A stretch of DNA of 59,605 nucleotides, counting the filler, from Catajapyx aquilonaris (taxonomy: Eukaryota): NCBI GenBank assembly GCA_000934665.2. It is 4 parts of 4 records of this genome, joined end to end, with 100 filler letters (N's around TTAATTAATTAA, not from the genome) between each part and the next. Parts side by side here need not be neighbours in the genome. Positions count along the whole stretch, not along the records: positions 44,747 to 59,605 come from KZ539723.1; 3 more parts are not named here. The stretch is one strand, 5' to 3'. The notes beneath the pieces are model-generated. The model was not told the origin of the DNA and did no database searches. It saw only the letters and a program-made list of their open reading frames with translations. Positions 49,301 to 59,605 of this stretch are shown piece by piece (within the stretch, counting starts at the first letter, position 1; every line of letters begins with the position of its first letter). The position numbers and the translations under genes are program-made.

Positions 49301-50905
49301 GAAAAATTAGACTACTGTTTCCTTACTAAAACAATTTGGACAAAGAACGCTTTTTACATCATCATCTGCCGCATTATATCCAAGGAGATCGCATGTTTTG
49401 TACCACCATGTATAGAAATTCAGACAGCTTGAATGAGAGTTTCCGCAACCTTCGTGTCCTCAACTACAGGCTATAGTGCCTATACCGTCTGAAGGCTTTC
49501 CGGGATCGAACTTAATACAATTTCCACCTTTCCACCGTGCAGGGGATCCTTCCATTTTGTTCACTCTTCCTTCCATTTTTTTTGTCCTCCGATGGGACAC
49601 AAATGTCATGTTTGTACACCTGAATTATTTTTCCTTCGATGAGTGTCAGAATTGCGGTCGATCATAAACCACGCTATGGCTTCTGCTGGCTCAGTTCACA
49701 AATACATTGGCATTTGTTTATAAGCTGACCTTTCTTCTTACAGGAAACTGGCACACTGCGTATAGTCAAAAAGATAGTACACGTATTAAAGATATAAACA
49801 AAGCAAATTCGACGTGGGGATCGTGAATTATTGTACGGAAATTGAGCCCTTATCCATGCACATGTTTCATGTCACAGACATCATATTTTCATAAGCCCTC
49901 AGTAGCATAAAATGCACTTTAGTAACACCTTAGAGCCTGCCGTGGACGACAAAAATTCAGAAAATCTCAAGAGAGAAGTACTGTATACGTCTTCTTTTGA
50001 CATAAGCACACTAATGAAGATCATAATCACGATCGATCATAATATAATCTGGTAGCATGCACTAAACCTTTTTCTGTTTACGAGAAAGACTCTGGGGTGA
50101 CATTTATAAATTTTTCGCACGTGAAATAAGCTGTCGTAAACTATGGCTTCCGGTAATTTTCATGGAAATACAAATTTATTCTGTACAGGGTTAATCAGGA
50201 ACTCTGACAAATAAGTGCTTTGGAATGGTGGATAATTATGAAGCAATACAAATTTAGGATATTTACCAAAATAGCAGCACAGATTTATGGAATGAAATGT
50301 CATTATTTTCACTGACAGAAGAAGGTGACTATCACCAGACAAACTAGTTCACCTGCTTCCTCCAAAATTCTCACTTAAAAACAGAACAAGGAGAAAGTTT
50401 TGCAATTCCGTAAACTAATTTTAAAATTTAACAATTAAAATAATTTATCATACGCAGAATAATGTCTGCACAGATTTCCACAAAAACAAAACAAAACATG
50501 GAGGGTGATTCCAAAGGTTGTACACAAACTTAAGGAGAAGGGTCGGGGTAGAGAAACTTTGGTATATAGGAACTCGTGTCCTCCAATATAACCCTGAGCC
50601 ACTGAATATAAGGAACATTGCGGACGCAATCATCCGCATATGGCCAGCTATCTCCGTTACTGTAACCCGACCTGCTGTGCATGATAAATCATTGGATTTG
50701 CAATAGTACAGGGATTCAGATTTTGCGATAGCGAATATTTTTCGATAATAAACACAGGATCAAATAATTGTAAGGTTAATCACATTGACCTCTGACTTTT
50801 CCATCTGACATTATGTATGACCTTCTCCTAACATGCAATAAAATATGAGTATTTCACTGACGACCATTTCTCATGGTATATACGAGAAAAATATTCAACC
50901 GTATA

Positions 50906-51051
50906 CTATCGGTTTCAATTAGTTTCGGCCACTTTATCCTGGTCTTGAATCAACCCTTCGCACAGGCCCCACGATGAGGAGGTGTATGTGTGTGTGTCAA
51001 GGGTTGCTTCAAGACCAGGATAAAGTGGCCGGAACTAATTTAGACCGATAG
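50906..51051. mobile_element. Hairpin MITE family CTATCGGT, copy 2
   Basis: Same TIRs as 31898-32040, TA flanks. Confidence 0.85.
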
Positions 51052-51299
51052 TACAAGCGTATGAGGGGCTCCGGGTATAGAAGCGCGCTCTACGCTGCCA
51101 TCGCCTACCTGCATTGTTAATGCCAGTAATGAGATGCCTATACTCTACAGCATTATTGAAAAATTTCTTGCAGGTGAATTACAATGTTGAGACGCTACAT
51201 TTAAACACAATAAAACACACTCTTAAAATTTCTTTGACTTCACTATTTTCTTTGCTATAAAATTGCTGCAATCGCTTAAAAAATCACACCAGTCAGCTA

Positions 51300-51643
51300 A
51301 TGATGATGATGATGATGATAATCCGGGTAGTGCTAGATCGTATCAGGTATGGAGCACGGACCTTTATTGTACTTGAAGTACAATGCAGTATCTCTAGCGA
51401 ATCGCCCGGGCCCACGGGCAGGATGACAGGAGATGTGCAAACTGCAGTGCAAGTACAATGTCGTTGCTATAATGCCATTTTGTGAACTCCCCCGGGTGGA
51501 TTACTCTATGGAAATTCCACCCGAGACGAAGCCAGAGACTACCCAACTCTGCACGGATGAAGGGGGGAACCCCGGGCTGGGATCGAACCCGGGACCTTAA
51601 CATCCATAGGCACTTACGTTACCGCAGCGCCACTCCGCTTCCC
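51300..51643 (-). mobile_element. tRNA-derived SINE, copy 5 ((ATC)n tail type)
   Basis: On the minus strand: A-box TGGCGCTGCGG, B-box GGTTCGATCCC, shared core and (ATC)n tail. 16-bp TSD TCACACCAGT(C/G)AGCTA (51284-51299 / 51644-51659). Confidence 0.88.
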
Positions 51644-52927
51644 TCACACCAGTGAGCTACATTCAACTGCTGTTAAACTGTAGGACTACATCATTGAATT
51701 GCATAATTCTGTACTTGTACTACAGTACTGGTATACGTATACTGTATAATGTATATGTAACATAGTTCATTTTGGCTTTCACATTTGGGCCCAAGGGTAG
51801 CGTAACGGTGTGACTTCGATGCGTAGGTTTTGTATGTTTTTGTACTGTACGCGAGAGTCGCATGATACATCAATTTATGCGTTGTGGGAAGGGAGCTCAT
51901 CAAAGGGTAGGTGGAGACTGGAGGTGAAGATGTAGGTTGACCTTCATGCGTTTCCCTTCTCTCCTGGGAATAATGACATAGGCTTGCATTCAGTGCTACG
52001 CACACTGCAACATCACCTCGACAGAGATCCATTTCGCCATATTGTATGTATAGGGTACTGGATGCCTAGGCTATTCCACAACATTTTCGTAAAATATTCC
52101 GCTTTTGTCTATTATATTCTCCTCAAAATAACCATGATTATTACATGAGATTCCTACAAACTCCATACGCTCGTGGCATCTTGCGACCATTTAACATCGT
52201 TAAAACCGTGCCCTAATTAACCTTGGCCTAACAACTCCATCCCGCAGCAGCTAAATGACAAATCCTCTCGCAGCCTACGTATAGCGAAAGTCCCTACTGA
52301 CCCAAAGTTGCAGGCTGCTCTCAAGATCAAATTTGCCGCCATTTGGCTCGAGGGAGAGCAACAAACGCAACACACAGAAAAAAAAGCTGCAATTCTTAAG
52401 GGGATTGAGGCTTTGAACTGAATTAGGTGGCTAACTAAGGTTCAAGTTGGCATCACACTCCCGATGGAACATAGCATAAGATACCCTAGAATGATTAACT
52501 TATATGAAGAGGAGACAGGCAGAAGGAGGAAAAAATAATGTCAGTTTCCATACCATTCCAAACCCCCTCCGCCCAGTGCCACCCCCCAGCATTTCTTCTC
52601 CCAAACCCATCAGCAGCAGTGAAAAAAAAGAAGGTAAAAGAAGTAGAAGAAGAAGAAGAAGCCCCAGGAGAGAGCGCTTAGTCTGCAGAAAAGGCTTCTT
52701 GGGCGGCGGGGAATCGGAATGCGTTCAGTGGCCGCTGAGCCGTTTCATGGCAGATCGCAATGTGGCCCATAAAACTCCTGGTCTTACGTAGAGACGCTCA
52801 TTTCAAATCTACCCCTGACTTTGGAATCTGTCTATTTGAAACTGAGGACAACCCCTGCCACCCAACTAACCTCACGCGCACTATCGGCCACGCAAGTCAA
52901 TAAAAGTAACAATGTTGCACCCCAGTG

Positions 52928-52931
<4 letters not shown>

Positions 52932-52967
<36 letters not shown>
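52932..52967. repeat. (GA)n microsatellite
   Basis: Read directly from the sequence. Confidence 0.95.
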
Positions 52968-52972
<5 letters not shown>

Positions 52973-55900
52973 AAAACTTATCCTTTTATGGTATGCAACC
53001 CATGGAACAGGGAGCAAAATATCTTCAAAGCATGAAATACGGAACCTTGTGTAATACCCACATTTCTGAAAGGATGAGGGTCCAGAACCAATAGGGCAGT
53101 TAGACCTGAGGGACCCCACCCACCTCCTTTTTAGCCCACCCTTCTCCCTCAACCCACCCCCATCTCTCCATAAGGTCACAAGGGGTTGCGGGAAGAGGGA
53201 AGGAGAGGCCATCAACCTCAGTGGGGGGAGAGCATCAACCTCATGCACGCTCGGCAACGTCAAGAGGAGGTCCTAAATTCAAGGGAAAGTTCGCGAACGT
53301 TCAATACAGCTGCAAGTTCCCCTGAATACGATTCCGGAGATTCTCCTTTAGGAGAAAGATAGAAAAAAAAAGTGGAGCAAGTGAAAGTGACGACTTGATC
53401 GAAATGTGCCACAGGTTTGCGAATTAAATCTGGAGCGTAATTTGGCCCTGGTGTGAGCGGGTGGTTCAAAGTTAGGTAACATTCTGTATACGAAAAGGTA
53501 AAAAGGGGCGAAATATATGGCACGGTATATTGCAAAATAAAAGAGGTGTGCCATGGATTAATCATCATATTTGCAATGGGGAATTAAAATTTAGAGCTGA
53601 ATTCAATCGCATGGATGTGGGTGCGGGTGTGGGAAGAGTGAAAGTTTTTGGAATTGAGTCTGGCGCACGAAATCGTGTGGATGTGTGGCAGAGATGTATA
53701 CATGTTCAACCAGTGCTCGCCAATTTGTGGCCATCATGTCACATTGAAATCAGGATTTTAGCAAGTTAATTTGTTGCTGTGATTTACTCGTTGAATTAAT
53801 TTTGGAGCAGCAGGTCGAAGCTGCTGTGTACACGTGATACCAACATTACTTTTCAATATGCTGCCAAGCCATAAATGATGTAGGAGTGAATTTGTCATGA
53901 TGTTGACCTGTACTTTTACCATGTGGATACTTTCACACATATCACTTTCAGTAATTAAAAATTAGGCAAATTTCTTTTACAATATCACAGAACCATTACT
54001 CGATTAAATGTAATAATGTTTCAAAAGCCACGTTTCAATTTCAGCAGGGTGTAACTTAGCTCACCATCACGACGAAGTCAGTGACCTAACTTAACGTAAG
54101 GCAGCGTGACAGTAATTAGTAGCTTCCCTTGCGATATAGAACCCTATTACATTATAGCTTTTCGCGTTGAAACTCGAATATAAACTACCAGATGGGTCTA
54201 ATTTGGAAAGGGGATTTTGGCCTAGAGCATCGTAACATCTACGGGGAACTCTGATTATGAAAGCAGGCGGAATGGTATGTTATAAATTTCACTATGCCAT
54301 TCTTACTTCCATTGGCGCTCAGCACAGAGATGAGAATATTCTAGCAATCATTATTTATTAATATTAATAATCACTTCCGCGTAGCAGTCATTAGTGTAGG
54401 GTTTTCTATCGCAAAGCTCTTTGAAGCACTGCTTGCAAAGAGATTAAATTTAGAGCTACATAAGCTTCACAATTTAATAGATTTGCATCAACATGGAATA
54501 CTGGAGAAGCAACGGATTTGTGATGCCTATAAGATGATTTTTCAGTATGTTGTGATTGTATTTACTTGTTATAAAATTTGGTATGATTTTTGCATGGAAA
54601 ATAAGTGGGCACATTACCTCATTCCTAAGGTAATGAAGCATAACCACTGACTTTTTAATGCTTTATATTCTCAACTTGATTATCACATTCTTGAGTCCCA
54701 ATATGGCAGCACCACCCATAACTAATTTTTGGCTAAATGTGGACTTATCCGGTTTTTGCACCAAACCCTTCAATTTTTACTGATCATATAGGGATGTGCG
54801 CTGACTTTCGTTGCACATGGTGTGGAGCGCAAGGCGTTCGTCTGTTCGGTATGCGGGAAACCGGAAATTTTGGGCCACTATCCTACAATTTTAATTACTG
54901 GCTATGCATAGGAGGTTCATTATTATTCCTTCATGCGTGTTAAATTAGTGGCAGGACAGAAACGTGCTTTGTTAATCACATCGATACAGTAGAACGTAAT
55001 CAATCTTTACCGAATTAGTACTTGCAGAAAAGTTTGATTGGTTAAAGAAATTATGGATCCATATGGCCAGGATTTTTAAAATATAAAGAATGGGAAGAGA
55101 GTAGCATGTTTTATCTGCGTGTGCATTCTATAGACTGTGGAGGACATTTCCATTTCTGAATTTCTAGCATCAAGGAAGGTTTTATGGGTGCAATGATAGG
55201 CACCATTCACTCCAATATGAATTCATTGACTGCAGTTCCAGTCCTTTGCATATAATTAAATTCGCATTTCGCTTCAATTCTATTCACGATTAACTACTCA
55301 CCATTCACCAATCTCTCAAGTCCAATCACTTCCATTCACTTCCATGCAAAGTAATTCACATCTATTTCTCTTCCATTTACTTATCTATTTGTAATAAGTT
55401 TCTGTTCAGGTATATGGAGAGGTCATGGACAGTAGAATTGCCCATCGTGATTATATCTAATTCTGGTACGCAATTCCTGATTGGATGGGAAGGCTAGGTC
55501 CAATATTTAAGTTAGAAAAATAATGAACAATGTGTAGAGCCACTAATTGCTGTCCTCATCTCAGAAATGACCAAGCCTTATGGATGTTGACACTGTTAAC
55601 TGATGCGACACAGCCTGAGTAATTGAACCGTGGGAATGAAAAACGACCTATGTTGCTTCACAAAGCAAGAGGTACCGGTACTGTACATACGCAATTCTTC
55701 CCCTGAGCCTACAGCCTACAGGTGAACTGAACGGGTGAAACTATGAGGGCGGGCGCTCCAATATTATCATATGGGATAGGCCTACGTTAAATATTTGCAA
55801 AACTACCTACATGCAAAGCAGAGTCATACACGGTAATATTACAATTCGTCAGAAGGCTGAGCCTCTGTTTAAGTAACGTTCCGGACATATATCAGTTTCT

Positions 55901-56675
55901 CAGATAAAAACGGCAGGACTTACTTCGTACTTACTGCCTTACGTGAATACTGTATTCATATTCAGTTGTGTGGTATAAAGCAGTGTTGGTAGTAAACCTA
56001 CTGTAAGTTTACGCCAACTTCGTGCCTCTTACACACACATACTTCTCGTAATTGCAGGTCTCCGCGTGACTGAACCCTTTAGTCCCAGGATAGCCTGTGA
56101 CTGTTGTCTCATTCCCCCTGCGCGCTTCTCTCTCTTAGAGTGAACGAATGCAAAGCTGCAGAATAACTGATTTAACCCAGTCACTGCTCATATTACCCCA
56201 ATGTACACTATAAATTACGTACAATGGTCGCTGATATACCAGCAGTGCCAGATGTGATTCCTGAAGACTACTGAATTTTCACCAGCCCATTCAGATGACA
56301 GTTCAGTTGCTCACCAGCTCAAATAATCTCAAGCTCAAAGGCACTCTGGGAGAGAATCACATTACCAATATCACGTGATGAAGTGGACTGAAAAAAAGCA
56401 TGAGGGCAGTTGGAACCTGATGCACCGTTGAAGAATTGGAAAGTTCTCGGAAGGACGTCTCACCGAACCACCTTAGTTCTTAAGATATCTACCTGTTATT
56501 CTGAGCTGTGGTTCCAAGAGATTATTAATTGATATGCTGGGTTAATTCCACGATAAAGAACAGTTTTAAAAATCTAAGGACAGAATTTGTACAACCAAGA
56601 AGACCCTAATAATACAGTATAATTATGACGAAGCATATGGGGTGTGCACATTTCCGTCTTGACAGGAAGCAGGTA

Positions 56676-56743
56676 CTATCGGCACGGAAATGGTACGGAC
56701 AGCTGAACATTGACAAGTGTCCGTATCATTTCCGCGCCGATAG
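56676..56743. mobile_element. 68-bp micro-MITE with CTATCGGC TIRs and TA flanks
   Basis: TA|CTATCGGCACGGAAATGGTACGGACA ... TGTCCGTATCATTTCCGCGCCGATAG|TA (26-bp arms, 2 mismatches). Confidence 0.75.
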
Positions 56744-58999
56744 TACGTGAAGGTCAGTCCTTTATCACCAATCACCATCCTCCAATATCACCTTCACCAG
56801 GCCTACTTTGATGCGATTCACCCCCCCCCCCCCTCAAAGGCAAAGGACATAACAAGGCATCTTGTTGTCCTGCGCATAGGTGTTGACTCCCGACTATACC
56901 AGCACAAAATTATTTTTTCTTATTAATTGTAGATATAAACCCCTGGCATATTATAGTGCAATATTAATCCATAGCAAGAGTTGCAAAATAATTACATGTA
57001 AAAAAGGTCAGAGTTTTTCAAGCGCAAATTCAGATTTTTGCAATCGCTTTCCGCTTCAATAACATCCTCGCGAATAACTGTTTTATATGCTCGGCCAAAA
57101 CCCGGCGTTTATAATCACATTTCGTGATAGACAGTACCCAACTAGATGTGATGAAAACATATCCCGTGAAACAAAAACCTGCACTGAGCGTGACACTAAT
57201 GCCGCCACTAGGCGTGCATGGTGCAATATGTAATACGTTACATTGACATAACAGGCAAATTGTATGGGGATTTGGGGATAACATGTCAATGTGTACAGAG
57301 TGCTCATAAAATGAGTTAATACTTAACTGGATGTATCATTTTTGTAGATATTCTAATAATGTAAAGTCTCCCAACAATTAAGTGAAAGGAAAATGTGGGC
57401 CACAACTGGGGCGATTTTGTAGTCCGGGAGGGCATCATGGTTCTCAGGATGGCCACAGATTCCTTAATTAGCCAGATATGGTTCCAGAGGACTACTGCAT
57501 TTTCATCAGGTCATTAAGATGAGAATAAGAGATTAGTGTCACTTCTCAAATGTTGTATTCCAAACCCTCCCAGGAAAAGGCTGAGGTCACATTTGATATG
57601 TGATATCAATGAAGGAGAAACTATTACTTATTTGCTAAAATGGTAAGGACGGATTAATTAATTAAATCCCATTAATCCCATTAATGTGAACATGCTAATT
57701 ATATAACCAATAATTTCTTTCAATAACTAAATGTAAACAGGAAGACTTTGGCGGTTCACTTATAATCTGTAATTAAACGCATTCACTCTGACGTCACCAG
57801 GAATGGTGGACATCGGCCTTGCGACTCCTGCGCCCATAAGCTACATAGGGCTTGCAGTGTAAAACAGCTGTAACTCGGTTAATTATGATCGAATTAATTT
57901 TATTTTTCAATGTATATGAAGGTAATAGACTCCTGCATACCCTGGTGCCTCTAAAAAATTAATATTGCAATTATGTTTGGGAGATAATGGTGTCTCATTC
58001 CGCTTATGAGGTTTTGCGTTGCATTTTGCTCTTGGGCCCGAAAAAGCTACTTCAAATTGAAATATTTCTTTGATCTCAACATGTATATGAAGTATACGAT
58101 GTGTGTGACAGAATGGCTATTCCATATTTAAGATTGGTCCACAAAGTAGTGAGATCATGGTGTCTCTTTCCGATCATTTACACCATCCCAGTCTGATCCA
58201 TCCTGAGAGTTAGGCAACTGTCGAATTACGGTGAGGGTTAAGCTGTCCGCGGGGCACATGCTGACTCAGACTGTTTCTGGTGTCTCTTATAATCCTTTTG
58301 TTGGGCTTCAAAACCGTAGAAGGAAACGGGTTTACTTGGCCGTCTTTACTAACTAAGTGCATTTGCCGGAATAATAAAATTTAAGTGCAAGGAAGCCCAA
58401 CATGAAAAGTACGGATGCAGGGTGAGAGGCACGTTCCTGACATCCCATGACCATCACATACAAAGCAATAAGCTAAAAATAAATCTACCTGTCAGCAATC
58501 ATTACTCCGTACATATCTAAAATGAACTTTCATGCAACATTCTCACTATCTTCGTCCAAGTCTTCGGACAGATGTTCTGTACATGTGCATAGATGAGGCA
58601 GGTGTATACAGTATATGGTATACTGTAGCTACAAGAATAGAAGCAGGAGAGGGATTGCCATCACTATCTTTCTGTCTCCTACGAGTCCTACCCCAACTAA
58701 GACATTTCTTGCTCGAGTCAATAGCAGAGGGAATCCAATTTTTCAATTGCATTCTTAAATACTAAAAGCAATATGTAACGAATATCGATGGGTACGCAAT
58801 ATCGGTTGCACACTGAGCGAGTGCACATCTTACCTATTCATTTCTTTAATCTCTTCAGGAATGCCGTCCATATGTGCCCATATGTCTCATGTAAAATAAC
58901 ATCCAGTCGGAATAACAATATCGACAGGCTGTTGCTTGGGCTGTTGGACAGAACATGTATGCTGCATAGGCTCCACATGTGTAGGCAATTGTACTCATA

Positions 59000-59387
59000 T
59001 AAATAAAAAACAGGCAGTAAAACCTGGTTTTAGTAAAACAGCCGAAAACTATTCTTTCTCTGATGGGTCAGATCAAAAGTAATAACCAAGTCAATTGATG
59101 GGGGTGGTTTCGTCTCATGAGGATTTGTGATAATATTAATTTTCATTAAAAATAGTCGTGCTTTGGAAAGGAAAGAATATTGGGCAGAGTATGAGAATCG
59201 GATGAGTATAAAAGCGATCTCTGCCCAATTCTTCCCTTTCCAAAGCACGACTATTTTTAATTAAAATTAATCATCACACAGCCTCTTGAGACGAAACCAC
59301 CCCCATCAATAGACTTGGTTATTACTTTTGATCTGACCCAGCAGAGGAAGAATAGTTTTCGGCAGTTTTACTGCCTGTTTTTATTTA
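59000..59387. repeat. Long foldback element (~170-bp imperfect arms, ~28-nt loop)
   Basis: TAAATAAAAAACAGGCAGTAAAAC...TTGGGCAGAG is mirrored by CTCTGCCCAA...GTTTTACTGCCTGTTTTTATTTA. Confidence 0.88.
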
Positions 59388-59605
59388 ATTCTTTTCATCA
59401 TCATCGAATGGGGACAATTTTTATCGCGGGCAGGAATGGCAACTTCTAATATCCACACCACTTTCACTTTCACTCCGGGTCTTTCGGAGGGCACTTAAGG
59501 GCGCACGGTCACGACGATTTTTCCCACTCGCGGAGGGCAAGTTGGGCCGAGGGACGGGTGCTGCGTTGTGTTCGCACCGCCGATGTGGCCGTCTCGCTGG
59601 AGGTG

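Noticed and set aside
57460..57517. TTCCTTAAT branch-like motif followed by A TGG TTC CAG AGG (P-W-F-Q-R), resembling Cav3 exon 2
   Set aside because: The acceptor would be AT rather than AC, the frame reads WFQRTTAFSSGH* with no S1 helix, and it lies on a different concatenated piece from exon 1.

Overview
Repeat-rich animal genomic DNA, probably from an arthropod or other invertebrate; it is not prokaryotic. The window is most likely not one locus. Three identical 100-nt linkers (44N-TTAATTAATTAA-44N) split it into four pieces of 14,814, 14,815, 14,817 and 14,859 nt, which looks like size-sorted scaffolds concatenated together. The only host gene I can support is the first coding exon of a T-type voltage-gated calcium channel alpha-1 subunit (Cav3/Ca-alpha1T-like, 3544-3824), which ends at a minor-spliceosome (U12, AT-AC type) donor ATATCCTTT. 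The other recognisable features are transposable-element derived: five copies of a tRNA-headed SINE with a shared core but different 3' tails; a decayed AcademX transposon nested in a pogo-like element; a Gypsy pol remnant cut by an intron-containing hAT transposon; a Helentron/Helitron2-type Rep gene with a 15-aa repeat array; a Tc1/mariner-type element built from two inverted 3' ends; and many MITE-like foldbacks. A recurrent short 'duplication plus inversion' palindrome signature occurs at several unrelated sites. I found no strong evidence for a new multi-gene system. The best leads are the modular SINE, the palindrome signature and the U12-intron Cav3 exon. All family assignments come from motif recognition by eye, not from database searches.
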